Source: Malacoraja senta
Taxonomy: Eukaryota
Length of the DNA stretch: 64,000 nucleotides
Assembly: GCA_038087875.1 (NCBI GenBank)
Contig: JAXLNO010000642.1
Location: 1-64,000 of the forward strand
Direction: 5' to 3'
Both the position numbers and the translations under genes were made by a program. Below the pieces are notes generated by a model that saw only the letters and a list, made by a program, of their open reading frames with translations, did not search any database and was not told the origin of the DNA. This document shows positions 24,045 to 36,924 of the stretch, piece by piece (position 1 is the first letter of the stretch; each line of letters starts with the position of its first letter).

Positions 24045-24385
24045 TATAGAGTGGATGTGGAGAGGATGTTTCTAGTAATGGGAGAATCTAGGACCAGAGG
24101 GCATAGCCTCAGAATAAAAGGATGTACCTTTAGAATGGAAATGAGGAGGAATTTGTTTAATCAGAGTGTGGCGAATCTGTGAAATTCATCGCCACAGATG
24201 GTGGTGGACGCCAAAATTGGGTACTTTTAAAGCGGGGAGTGATAGGTTCTTCATTAGTAAGGGTGTCCAAGGTTACAGGGAGAAGGCAGGAGAATGGTGT
24301 TAAGAAGGAAAAATAGATCAGCCATGATTGAATGGTGGACAGACTCAATGGGCTGAATGGCCTAATTCTGCTCATATGTCTTATG
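24045..24385 (+). mobile_element. CR1/HER1 LINE 3' fragment
   Basis: ggaccagagggcatagcctcagaataaaagg..., ending in the tail gatcagccatgattgaatgg..gaatggcctaattctgctc. Confidence 0.8.
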
Positions 24386-26464
24386 AACTCAGGTGATCAC
24401 TGGCTCAATGAGCCGTGCAAGTTTCTAGTAGAACCTATTCCAATGTAGTTCCATGACTTATTCGCTCACACTTGCCCCATCAATTTCCTTTTTTGATTCA
24501 TTTGCCACATACCTACACTAAATGGCAATTTACAGGCATGTGTTTTGGGGATTGGAGGAAAACATGTGCGTTCAGGTGTAAACTCCAGCGTACAGCGTTC
24601 CAGGTCAGAACTGAACCAAAGTCACCGGAGATGTGAAGCAGCAGCACTAATTGCTGCACCACTCTGCCTTCCAGCTTAGTGAAGGAAGGGATATAAATTT
24701 GCAAGTGAGGTGGGGATGGCCCACAGGGGAATATGAACACCCATGCTTCCAAGCATCAATTCCTTTGCCAGATGTTCCAGGCTTGGGAAATACTTTCAAA
24801 GTGGTTTATTCTTATATGCTGCAATAAGCTGCTAATCGCCAGTGAAGGGAGTTAAATGTTGAGGGTTGTGGCTTCAACTGTCATGGATATTGTAGGGTGA
24901 GTATTAGTAGAACTGCACTCATGAGTTTTCCACTCTGTTCCTGCCTTGTGCCTTGCAGCTGTGGCAAAGTTACAAGATACTCAGTATTTATTCTACTTGG
25001 TCAGGTTTCTGGTCACTGTGGATGTACAAGATGTTGTTGCCAATGGATTCAGCATGCAATGCTTTCATTAATGTAAAGAGGAGGGGGGAGGGAGGGAATG
25101 TTCCCTCGCTGTGCAGCCCTTCAAATAAATGATGCACGTGGAACCCACTGCTATTATCAACGATCATTCCAATTCCTGACACAACAATAAGACAATTGAG
25201 TACACACGTGGAGTTTTGGGTTTTAAAAGGGATCTGTACTTTTTTTTAGAAAAGGAAACGTGGATTTAAAAAATACATTGGGTAAACAATGTTCCCTTCT
25301 GTTTTCCTAACATAGGCAACCAGCACAGGTATTATATTAATAGGTTCCTGCAAAACACCAAAGAAAAATAAACTTTATGGTGTAATCATCTATGATTTCA
25401 TTACTTAGGACTTTGTGAGGCTGGATGGCATTGGAGATGAAAGCAGATTTTTCCTTCCGTTCCCAAGTACATGCAGCCTACCAAGGTCAATTTGTCACCA
25501 TTTCTCACATGAGACACCTTTATGGTCTTCTAAGTTAGTCATTTAAATGATGAAGAATGCCACGTATATTCATTCAGTGTTTCTGTTACAATTCAGTAAT
25601 TCTATTACAATTCCCTCCAAATCTTCAAGCACATGGTTGGCATAAAAGTAATGGACCAAAGAGTCTTTTTATGTGCTCCTGTATATAACATTGGTAAATT
25701 CAATCTTTCCACATTGGATTTGAACCCAGAACTGATGGCTGAAAGCACTGCAACACATATAATACAACACAATTGGAATACCAAGACATGAGATATGCAA
25801 TCATTTTTTGATTCATTATATTTCAATCTCAAAATAACATGTCATTTCACGATACAATTCATCACAAGCACAGAGAAAAATCATATAGTAAGTAAACATT
25901 AAACAAAACAAAATGGTTTAAGCCCCAATAGTTCAACACTTCATTTCAGATGCTGTATTATTCATCACTAAAAACCAACAGTACATTTTTAAAATGCAAG
26001 GACAATTTTATGGCACAGAATTTAGTTTTAATGCTTGCAATCTGATTAACAATAATCTAGATCCTCAGCAATCATTCTATTCCCATTATATTATCTTTCA
26101 TAATTAAAACTGGGCAGCCAGGCATCACCTGTACCCCAAATGTGAAGTGTTCAGTGATACTACAGCACTTGCTTCAATAGTACATTGAGGCCATGATACA
26201 CAAGTCTTCCAGATATTCTGTGCTACATTCAATGCCGGCTTTCCACAAAATTACATCCAATCTGCAAAGAGATATGGAAGTGGCATCCACACCACATCTC
26301 ACACAAGACTACAGTTTATATTGCTTACTTCAAATTGCTCTCACTTGCAATAATGCAGAAAATATTAGCAGATCATTGAGTCGATTGTGTCAGAACAGTG
26401 CAGGACAAAGATAGGGAGCTCCACTGAGATTACGGCTGGGCAATAATGGGGAAATGAAAGCTGC

Positions 26465-26893
26465 TCATTCTTCTTTGTCAGCAGTGATGAATGCCCCATC
26501 CATAAGCTTTCCCTTGGCCTTCAAGTTCCTCATGAAGTCCCGTGGTCCTTTGCCTTCCAAGGCTGACGGGTATTTGTAGGAGCCTCCAATTCGGTCCCAC
26601 AGTGTGAAGTACTGCCCATAGTTATAATCAAAGTATAGGTGGTGATCTGTGTGATGGGCCGACCCATTAATGATGCCCTCAAGAATTCTGGGCACTCTGT
26701 AGTCCCCATCGTGAATGGACACCGTCCAGATGTTGACAAAGACGTAGAGACCCAGGTAGACCACTTTGTGCAGCGGGAAGAGGAACGGGTAGATGTGGTA
26801 TGGGATACTCTGCAGGAAGCCATCCACTGGGTGAAAGGCATGACTTGCAAATGGCGTTGGAAGCTTCCAAGTATGGTGAGGCTTGTGCAAGTG
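26465..26893 (-). CDS. SC5D: SC5D last coding exon
   Basis: Acceptor tctttag; [25 protein letters not shown]...TADKEE followed by a TGA stop. Confidence 0.97.
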   Translation of the reverse strand, partial: HLHKPHHTWKLPTPFASHAFHPVDGFLQSIPYHIYPFLFPLHKVVYLGLYVFVNIWTVSIHDGDYRVPRILEGIINGSAHHTDHHLYFDYNYGQYFTLWDRIGGSYKYPSALEGKGPRDFMRNLKAKGKLMDGAFITADKEE

Positions 26894-29800
26894 CTAAAGA
26901 CAATACCAGAGGTTTAAAGAATCCACACATTAAGTGCTCATGTTAAATTTAAGACACGTTTGATATTACTTACAATGCTTTTCAAGCCCATCCTCACTAT
27001 GACTAATCAACTAACAGATAAAGCAGGGTCCATGAAATCATGGAATGTCATTGGCATTTTATTAATTAAATATAACGCAAGGAGAATGAAGTCAAGACCA
27101 TATGTTCAGGCAACACATTCAATGATCATTCTCAAACATTCACACATGAATATATGAATTTGCAATGTCGGGGGCAGCAGCATTGGGCGGGTTGGGACTA
27201 ATGGAGGAGCTCCTTCAGAGAGTTGGCACAGGTACAACAGCACTAAGGTGCTGGATTATGCAATGAAATAGCAGCTAGGCATTTGAATACCTCCCACATA
27301 TGCATTTCTCAAATGTGTGCTAACGGCCATTTTCAGATCTCTACAACCAAACAAAACCTGTCACCCAACCCCAAGCTTCTTACTTTATAGAGGAGCCTGT
27401 TATGAAGAAACCGATGGATCCAGTAGATACACATGTCTGTGAAGAAGAGGAAGGAGATCATACTGAGCACCACTCCAAACCAACCTGAAAAGAAAGGTTG
27501 GAGTTTCAGTACAGAGATCACTCAGCCCTTCCAGATTACATAACAGCACTCAGGATCACAGTCGCAGATTTATGATTTGGTGCTGGTGAGTATAAAGAAA
27601 GTCTCCTTAAATTATGCAAACATTAAACATTCTAATTTTCCACAGTCATTGTGCAGTTATGGTAACTTGCATCTGTATACCACAGTTAACATCTAAAACA
27701 TTCAAAGATGCCTCCAAGACGATTATAATAGTTTGGCAGTGAAGCTGGAAAAAGTGGTATGTTCTAATATTGGACAAGAAAGCTGGTTCCTTTGAACGTC
27801 TGGAAAAGAGTGGTTTAAAGTAAGTCCAGATCTTAAGGCATTCATAGGCATAATAGAATCTAGCTTAGTTTAGTTTTTATTGTCATGTGTACCGAGGTAG
27901 AGTGAAAAGTTTTTGTTTTTACAATAAAACAAGGAAATAGGAGCTGGAGCTGGCCATTTGATCCTTCAATATGATCATGGCTTATCTGTCCTTGTTCTCC
28001 AACCTCTTCTGTGCCAATTCCCCACATTCTCCAATTGTAAAAAATTTAGACAATTTATCTACAGCAAAACACTAAATTGCAAGAAGAACTCAGTAGGTAA
28101 GACAGCATCTGTGGAGAGAATGGACAGATAACATTTCATGTCAGGACCCTTCTTCAGACTGATGGAATTGGGGGGAGCGAATACTGGAAAAGAGAGTTGG
28201 GGGCAAGGTGAGGCCTGGCAAGTGATAGGTGGATACAGGTGAGGAAGGGGCTTGTGGTGATTGGCAGATGGGTGGAGATAGTGACAAAAACTAGAGGTGA
28301 AAAGGTGAACATCTACATCTATTTAAATTCCTCCGGCTAAATAGAGTAGAATAACCATCTATTTAAATTGATCCAGCATCTGCAACCTTGCAGAGTAGAA
28401 CATTTTCAGAGATTTTCCATCCTCTGTGAAAAAAATTCTGACACACCTCACTTGTAAACGACCACACTTGTATCTTACGACACATTGGAGACTCTCCAAG
28501 TGGAGGAAACATGGCAACAGACCCTTCCTGTTCTCAACCAAACCAAACTAGCAGGTTTAAAATTGTAGCCATTCATTTCTAGTTTGCTGTTTGAGGATGG
28601 ATTTCAGTGCAAGAAGATTAAATAAAAGTGACAAATACCCAGCAGCCAAGTGGCAACACCACCAGGTTACCCACTTCCCGGCTCTGTTGCGCTTCTTTCT
28701 CAACACTTACCATAAGGGGAATCCTCAATGTTATCGTACAATTTGCTGTAGCCACGGATTTCTGCAAAGAACAGTCCAACCGTCGGAATACTTATCCATG
28801 GAAGTGATTGCATAGCATACTTTATTTCTCGTCGCACTTGATTCTATGGAGAGATAAAATAAGTTCAGTACAGGTGACCTCAATATTGCAGCCGTTTGGG
28901 CAAGGGAAATTTGTCTTACAGAATTCACTTGCCAAAATTTGTGATAAAGTATAATAACATTTATGTAAAAAAATTACAGAATATATGTAAAGGAAGTAAA
29001 TAGATAAAAGTTTTTTTAAGTGCAGATGATGTGGCTTTGATATACAGAAAATTGCATGATAGTTTGAGGAATGCAACCCCCCATAATGCAAGAGTTGCCT
29101 GTCACTCTTTCACTAACCTGTGTGCACTTAAATTGCCTTGGCTCACAAACATTGAGAAGCACCTGAACAACACAAAATATTATCAAATAGTGGTGCAGGG
29201 GAAGGTGCAGCAAGCCATGATGTCTACATCAGTCTCTCTCTCCTCAGACTGTGATGCCTCATTCTGCTTCAATAACAAAATATTTCCGCATTCTAATCTT
29301 TCAAGTTTCTCTTATATTATACCAGGGAAAGACCTAGTGACGGCCTGGAGAGACTGCTGACCGGAGGGAATAGACCCCACCGGGGCTGGCATGGGCTAGC
29401 TCCTCATGCCAGCAGGATCCATTGCTAATCAGCGTTTTGGATCCACCCTTATATTGCTACGGAAGGAATCGACTATGAATAAGACAACTAGCACAGCAAT
29501 TGACAGAGCAGCAGCCCCCGGCAGGACATAAGCTACAAAGCTGCATCTGTGGCTGGGAAAAGATAACATCAGGGAAGGGTCTCAAGATCCACCAGGCAGT
29601 GAAAAGTGCCTGAGAGAGCTTGGTGAGGGGCCTCGCATTGACCATTACTTTCTAAGAGGTAGGCCAAATCAGTCGAGTGAAGCCCAGTGGCAGGTTAACC
29701 ACCACAGTCCACAGGGTATCAGCACCCCAGGCGAAGCTCAACCAAGTACTGTCCCACCAACGGACACGAGTCCAGAGTCCAACCAGCCACAGTCAGCGGT

Positions 29801-31320
29801 AGAGTGGAAGATGAAAGGAAAAAAGCAGAATGGAGCAGTCACTGGCTGTGGCTGAAGCGAAAAGATGCTGTCTGGGCTTCCATGTGACCATCTAGAGGCT
29901 AACCATAAGACACACACCCAGGGCTGATCACCCTGCGGAGGGCCTGCCTCAACTGAGGGTGTCTTGTGATAAAAGGCCGAAACACCCAGTGACGTTGAGG
30001 TACACAACTGAAGATGTGTCTGATTGGTAGCAAAATCACCTCGTGGTCACCCCCAAGAACACCAGGTGTCAGTTGTGGTGAAAAACCTTAAGGATTGTAA
30101 CATCCAGTCCTACTAATCAATTTACCCGCAAAATAGCAACCACAAACGCCAGTGAACATAATTTACTTTGAAGGCGAATTCTCCCGGATATTAATCTTCA
30201 AATAAGTAAAACCATAACTTTTCAAATCTCTCTTGATGCCCATTTACACTCATACAATAAAGTAGTACAAATTGAATTAACATCACAGGCAAGGCAACAC
30301 ATACAAAGATAAGAATTTGCCACTGCAAGGAATAAAATAACTGCTTCACCTTTTAAATGCGAAGTTCAGCATATCCCAGACAGCCCTCAATAATTCCTAC
30401 AGATGCACTGTACAAAGCATATCGGGATGCATCACGGCATGGTTTGGTTAACAGCTCTATCGAAGACAGCAAGAATTGCAGAGAAATGTGGACGACATAG
30501 TCCATCACGCAACCCAACTCCCTTCCATTGACTCCATATATACCATCCTGCATCAGCAAGGCCAGCAGCATAATCAAGGACCAGTCTCACTCCGGTCACT
30601 CTCTCTTCTGCCCTCTCCCAGGAGGTACAGATGTTTGTAAACGTATGCCTCCAGATTCAGAGACAGCTTCTTGCCAGGCAACTGAACCATCCTATCACCA
30701 GCTAGAGTGTGGTCCTGACCTTTCATCTACTTCATTCCAGATCTTTGAACTAACTTTAATCAGATTTCATCTTACACAAAATATTGTACGCTGTATCCTT
30801 TATCTGTACACTGTGGAAGGCTTGATTGTAATCATGTATTGTATTTTCTTTGACTGGATAGCAAGCAACAAAAAGGTTTTCACTGTACCTCGGCACACGT
30901 GACAATAATAATCTAAAATAAACTAAATCCACTTGGGAAATGAGAGAGGAGGCCATTTAAAACTGGATCAGGGAATCTAACTATGAGTGGTTTACACGCA
31001 GAGTACTCAATACCCAATACTGATTAGTGGTGTAAAAATCAAATCAAAACAGGTTGTCACATATTTCCACAGAAAAGGTTCTATGGAACATCCATGGATG
31101 TAAGACTTACTGGCAAATATTGTGGATGTTTCTTCAGTGTATGATCAAAAATAAGATAATAGCTCAACATTCCAAAGAACAGATATATAGCGGTGGCTCC
31201 CAGGTTGGTTACAATGAGGAGGCTAATTATCTGACGTAGAGCGCCACCCTCTGGCCAGGTGCTGGGATACACATACGGTGTGAAAACGTGGTCATCTGCG
31301 TAGCGTAGTACAATGTCCAT
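26465..31320 (-). CDS. SC5D: Lathosterol oxidase / sterol-C5-desaturase, complete (290 aa, 4 coding exons)
   Basis: Exons 31111-31320 (210 nt), 28711-28843 (133), 27384-27484 (101), 26465-26893 (429). All GT-AG and in frame. His boxes HRFLH, HKPHH and HTDHH, plus [16 protein letters not shown]. Confidence 0.97.
27384..27484 (-). CDS. SC5D: SC5D coding exon 3
   Basis: Acceptor tttcttttcag; (G)[33 protein letters not shown]; donor gtaaga. Confidence 0.96.
28711..28843 (-). CDS. SC5D: SC5D coding exon 2
   Basis: Acceptor tctccatag; [44 protein letters not shown]; donor gtaagt. Not captured by the ORF track. Confidence 0.95.
31111..31320 (-). CDS. SC5D: SC5D coding exon 1
   Basis: Exon starts at 31328 after a CAG acceptor; accATGg start; [24 protein letters not shown]...KKHPQYLP; donor gtaagt. 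Confidence 0.96.
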
Positions 31321-31917
31321 GGTAGAACCTGCCAATAAAGAGAAGAGGTTGTAGTAGTTCATCACAAATGACGATTGCAAGTCTACCGTCTGTTTCAGAG
31401 CTACATTCACGGAATACCCTGTTGCATGTGGCCTGTCCTGCTTAATAAACCACTGCACAATGTCATGCATTGGCTTGGACAGACACACAATAGCCACAGA
31501 CTGGTCTCATCTGAAGGATTACCTTTAAAACATTAACAATTTTAAAAGAATGGCAACCATGCATCAATTACAGCTGCCCCGAGGCTGCCTGAGGATTTTC
31601 TCACAGTAGGACAATCTATTTATTATGGGCATTTATACAAACTGACAATTTTAAAATGATGTTAGGTGATGTACATTGAATGTTACACAACTTAGTGTAG
31701 TTACTTTGCATGATAGATCCCAAACATTGACCAGATGGCAACACATTTATTATCAGACCAGTAACCCTGAAATAATCATTCAGATCCCACTATTATAGAT
31801 ATGGTACCTACTGTAGATTCACTAAATCTGAAAACAAGTCACATTAAAGGTGATTATGTAACCACAGCTCTCACAAAGTTAATACTTTGATCTCAATCCA
31901 ACACCCACTGCAATATG

Positions 31918-32135
31918 TTAAAGAAGGAACTGCAGATGCTGGAAAATCGAAGGTACACAAAAATGCTGGAGAAACTCAGCGGGTGCAGCAGCATCTATGG
32001 AGCGAAGGAAATAGGCAATGTTTCGGGCCGAAAATCTTCTTCAGACTGAAGAAGGGTTTTGGCCCGAAACGTTGCCTATTTCTTTCGCTCCATAGATGCT
32101 GCTGCACCCGCTGAGTTTCTCCAGCATTTTTGTGT
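31918..32135. mobile_element. Palindromic Penelope-derived short element with 15-bp TSD
   Basis: Inverted arms of about 93 bp centred on 32045, flanked by the direct repeat ACCCACTGCAATATG at 31903-31917 and 32136-32150. Confidence 0.88.
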
Positions 32136-33739
32136 ACCCACTGCAATATGGTTGACTCTTAAAAGCTTTTGAAAGAACCCTTTAACCGATAATTATAAAC
32201 ACACCATTTGAATTCACACATTAACTTTACATATCCCCCTCAGGAATATAACAAGGACTCAAATACCATCACCCATACCTCTGATTGAGCATGGGAAACC
32301 TTGGCCAGACTGGTCTAGTGGCAGGTGAAGAAAAAACCAACACGAGGATAAACCCCCTTGACATCATCCACACTAATATACTTACTGTCGATACATCTCT
32401 TGTGACAACATTGGTAGGAACAACAACCATAATCTTCGCAGAGTCAGAGTCTATATTCACACTGAAGATACCTGCCATATATGGAGCTAAATCGGATTTA
32501 GCTCCATATATAGATTCTACCAGTAATGTCATCATTACCGGTAGAATATAGTTCATCATGAGCTGCACTCTCCACCAATACAGTCAAGACAAGGAGCACA
32601 ATAAACTTCTATCAAGAGTAGCGATGAACTTGTCTGATGCATCACTGATACAACCACAAGAGTAAATCAGAGATTCAATGTTTTGTACTGCAACTTGTGG
32701 GATCCATTTCCAAAACATAAGCTAAAGCTATGATGGAATTTTGCACTTAGTCTGTTTGATGCAATTCTTGCACTACTAACACACCTCAATACTGGAATAA
32801 GTCAACCCACTTCATTGGCAGCCTACGCACCAGCTTAAACACAAGAACTGCAGTTACAACAGAATAAACATGGTTAAAATTCATTGAGGAATAAAATATT
32901 GGACAGAACATCATAAAAGTTTGCAACAAAAACTTGCATTGTTACAACTTATATAAAATGTAGTAAACTGTCCTAAAATGGGTTTATTCATCAAACATAG
33001 TGAAAGCACAGGAAGCAGATAATTGGTTTACAATGCTTACACCGACTCTTTCAAAAGGGCTCTGCAATTAATTCCAGTCCTCTACTTCTCCCTTACCATT
33101 ATGGCTCAATTGGTACACTCACATCCGACGTCAATAGATCATGGGTTCAACCCTCTCCGAATGCGGATGTTCTAAATCTATCATCTCAGTGCTACACCGA
33201 GGGCAAAATTAAACTGGGGTCTCATTTCCTTACCACACAGTAGGATGCCATATCTGCCCATCGAGTACATGCTGGCTCAGAGCTATCTCACTAATTATCC
33301 CTGTAGTATATTCTCCCCACATTCCCTCAAATTACCCCTAGATCCTACCACTCACCTTCACACATCAGGCTATTTACACTGGCCAAATAACCTGTCAATG
33401 TGCACATCTGTGGAATGTGGGAGGAAACCAGCACACCCTCGGGAAACCTTTCACTCACAGAGACAATATGCACACTGTGCACACACAGCTCCAATGTCAG
33501 GTGTGAATCCAGGTCACTGGAACTGCAAGGCCGCAGCTCTCTCATCTGCATTATTAAGCACTCTCATCACTGTCCAGGCTGCCAAACAATCCCAACCCAC
33601 TGTTTTGACGAGAATAGCCCATGTAATGTTCTTTGTGAAAAATGTATTCATATCTCCTGTAAATTTCTCCCCATTCACCTAAAGCATCTAGTTTTAGAAT
33701 CTTCCACCTTGGGAAAATACTGTGATTATATATCATATA

Positions 33740-34045
33740 GTTTAGTTTAGAGATTCAGCACAGAAGCAGGCCCTTTGGCCCACTGAGTCCATGCTGACCA
33801 TCGATCATCCATTGAATGTTATCCCACTTTCGCATTTCATTCCCTACACACCAGGGGCAATTTACTGAGGACCAATTAACCTACAAACCCGCATGTCTTT
33901 GGGATGTGGGAGGAAACCAGAGCACCCGAAGGAAACCCATTCAGTCACAGGAAGAACATGCAAATTCTACACAGAGAGTACCCAAGGTCAGGGCCGAAGG
34001 CGGGTGTCACACTGTGACGCAGCAGCTCTACCCGCTGTGCCACCT
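33740..34045 (-). mobile_element. HE1-like SINE (a second degenerate copy lies at about 33230-33545)
   Basis: Same tail and body motifs as 8687-8997 (tttagtttagaga..., tgtgggaggaaaccagagcacc). Confidence 0.75.
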
Positions 34046-34354
34046 TATGCCCCTCATAACTTTATAAACCTCTAAGAGGTCACCCCTCAGCCTTCGGTTT
34101 AAACCAGCATCTGCAGTTCCTTCCTACACACCCCTCAGCCTCCATTCTAGTGAGAATAAACCCTGCCTATCAAAGCTCTCCATATAAACAGAGCCCTTCA
34201 TTCCAGGCAACATCCGAATGAATCTCTTCTGCACTCTCGCCATTGCGACCAACAAAACTGTACAAAATACCCCAAGTGCAGCCTGACCAATGATTTGCAC
34301 AGCTGCAACATGATACCCCAACTCACATACTGAATGCATTGGCCTATGAAGACA

Positions 34355-35280
34355 AGTATGACACAAAGCTGGGTGGCAGTGTGAACTATGAAGAGGATGT
34401 TAGGAGGTTGCAGGGTGACCTGGACAGGTTGAGTGTGTGGGCAGATGCATGGCAGATGCAGTATAATGTAGATAAATGTGAGGTTATCCACTTTGGCGGC
34501 AAAAACAAGGGGGCAGATTATTATCTCAATGGGGTTAGGTTAGGTAAGGGGGAGGTGCAGCGAGACCTGGGTGTCCTTGTACACCGGTCACTGAAAGTTG
34601 GAGTGCAGGTACAGCAGGCAGTGAAGAAAGCTAATGGTATGTTGGCCTTCATAACAAGAGGATTTCAGTATAGGACTAAAGAGGTTCTTCTGCAGTTGTA
34701 TAGGGCTCTGGTGAGACCACATCTGGAGTATTGTGTACAGTTTTGGTCTCCTAATTTGAGGAAGGACATCCTTGTGATTGAGGCAGTGCAGCGTAGGTTC
34801 ACAAGATTGATCCCTGGGATGGTGGGACTGTCATATGAGGAAAGTTGAAAAGACTAGGCTTGTATTCACTGGAGTTTAGAAGGATGAGGGGGATTTCTTA
34901 TAGAATCATATACAATTATAAAAGGACTGGACAAGCTAGATGCAGGAAAAACGTTCCCAATGTTGGGCTAGTCCAGAACCAGGGGGCCACAGTCTTAGAA
35001 TAAAGGGGAGGCCATTTAAGATTGAGGTGAGAAAAAACCTTTTCACCCAGAGAGTTGTGAATTTGTGGAATTCCCTGCCACAGAGGGTAGTGGAGGCCAA
35101 ATCACTGGATGGATTTAAGAGAGAGTTAGATAGAGCTCTAGGGGCTAGTGGAATCAAGGGATATGGGGAGAAGGCAGGCACGGGTTATTGATTGGGGACG
35201 ATCAGCCATGATCACAATGAATGGCGGTGCTGGCTCGAAGGGCCGAATGGCCTCCTCCTGCACCTATTTTCTATGTTTCT
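34355..35280 (+). mobile_element. CR1/HER1 LINE 3' kilobase
   Basis: ORFs 34339-34848 ([39 protein letters not shown]) and 34940-35191, plus the 3' tail. Confidence 0.92.
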
Positions 35281-35988
35281 ATGCCAAATGCCTTCTTCAC
35301 TGCTCTATCCACCCATGTTGCCATTTCCAGGGATCAATAAACTTGGATCCGAAGGTCACTCTGTATTTCCACACTCCTGAGACTCCTGGCATGTATTGCT
35401 CTTGTCCTGTAAGCATTTGATATCTCTCCTCCCCCCTCTCCCCCCCCCCACTCTCCTCCCTTCTTCCCTCCCCCCCCCCCCCCCCCCAAATCCAACATAA
35501 ACAAAATATTGTACCTTTCCCGACAAAGAGGAGAGAAAAGTAAAATGAAGAATTGCATATCTATCGTACCTTATAGGTTGAAGATCCTGGTCCTGAACTG
35601 GGGAAGCGGGAAGTCTTGATCCCTGTTCTGATAAAGGGTCTTCGACCCAAAATGCTTCTTTCCACAAATGCTGCTTGCCCTGCTGAGGGAGGGATTCCTG
35701 TATTTTCTGTTTTTTTATGCCATATCGTACCTTTAAAGTAAAGCAGTTTACATGTTAAGCTACAAGCTCCCAAAAGCAGTAATGTGATAACCACGTTATT
35801 AATTGTCGCATTGATCAACAGACACATAATAACCAAAACACCTTGCACGTGGCTAATGCAAAGGAAACCAAACTGCTGTCGAATCCCACACTAAGTACCC
35901 AATTTGTTGCAAACACGGAATTCGCTGGAAAAGCTCATCGGGTCACCATATTGTGTGGTGCTGCTGTAAGGAAGAATGTCATTGTTCT

Positions 35989-36080
35989 GGGTACACAAAA
36001 ATGCTGGAGAAACTCAGCGGGTGCAGCAGCATCTATGGAGCGAAGGAAATAGGTAACGTTTCGGGCCGAAACCCTTCTTC
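35989..36080 (-). mobile_element. Penelope-type terminal repeat monomer with 16-bp TSD
   Basis: Direct repeat AGAATGTCATTGTTCT at 35973-35988 and 36081-36096. Minus strand reads CUGAAGA-A-GGGUUUCGGCCC-GAAACGUU. Confidence 0.8.
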
Positions 36081-36291
36081 AGAATGTCATTGTTCTATCT
36101 GGGACATGACAATAAAACACTCTTGACCCTTGAGGTCGGACGGCATCTTCGGAAGAGAAGAATGTTTCGGATCTGCGACCACCCTTCGCTAGATGGGGAA
36201 GAGAGCGCTGCGAGTTAGTATTCGGGGGGGGGAAGAGTCTAATCATCTGCAGACTGCTCGGGATATGTTTGACTGGGTATCAGAACATTAC

Positions 36292-36700
36292 CTGGCTCGC
36301 TGGGTCCACGGGCCGGTACGAGGGCTGAGCGCTGTGTGTCCCGGGGCTGGGTCCACGGGCCGGGCTGGGCTCTGGGGTGTGAGTGCTGGGTCCCCCGGGG
36401 CTGGGTCCACGGGCCGGTGCGAGGGCTGAGCGCTGGGTGTCCCGGGGCTGGGTCCACGGGCCGGGCTGGGCTCTGGGGTGTGAGTGCTGGGTCCCCCGGG
36501 GCTGGGTCCACGGGCCGGTGCGAGGGCTGAGCGCTGGGTGTCCCGGGGCTGGGTCCACGGGCTGGGCTCTGGGCTCTGGGCTCTGAGCGCTGTGTGTCCC
36601 GGGGCTGGGTCCACGGGCTGGGCTGGGCTCTGGGCTCTGGGCTCTGAGCGCTGTGTGTCCCGGGGCTGGGTCCACGGGCTGGGCTGGGCTCTGATAGGGC
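36292..36700 (-). other. SC5D: Probable non-coding first exon of SC5D, containing a GC-rich tandem repeat
   Basis: Donor CAG|gtaatg at 36291 just downstream of the CCAAT cluster. The ATG exon has an acceptor 8 nt before the ATG, so an upstream exon is needed. TSS position is unknown. Confidence 0.6.
36300..36692. repeat. GC-rich minisatellite (core ccggggctgggtccacggg)
   Basis: The gggtccacggg core recurs about eight times with variable linkers. Confidence 0.92.
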
Positions 36701-36900
36701 GGAGCCGGCGACTGACTGACTGCCTGCCAGTTGCAGCAGCCAATCGCAGGCGGCCGTGTGACCCCCCCGCCTCCTCTGGAGGGGCCGGGACAGCCAATTG
36801 GCGGAGGGGGCAGGGATGCGGCGGGCCAATCACACACTCTGCGTCAGCTCAGCTGCGGCTGCCATTGGCCGAGCAGTCGTCTGACCAATGACATCAGGAT
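36697..36900 (-). promoter_or_regulatory. SC5D: SC5D CpG-rich promoter with clustered NF-Y (CCAAT) boxes, GC box and CRE-like sites
   Basis: CCAAT at 36740, 36794 (palindromic CCAATTGG), 36826 and 36885; ATTGG at 36864; GGGCGG at 36697; TGCGTCA at 36840; TGACATCA at 36889. Confidence 0.72.
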
Positions 36901-36924
36901 AGCGCCACCCGCGGCGCTCTTCAA

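Noticed and set aside
32269..32568. Overlapping 88-99 aa ORFs in SC5D intron 1
   Set aside because: They look like decayed LINE endonuclease sequence plus a palindrome, with no splice signals or gene homology recognised.
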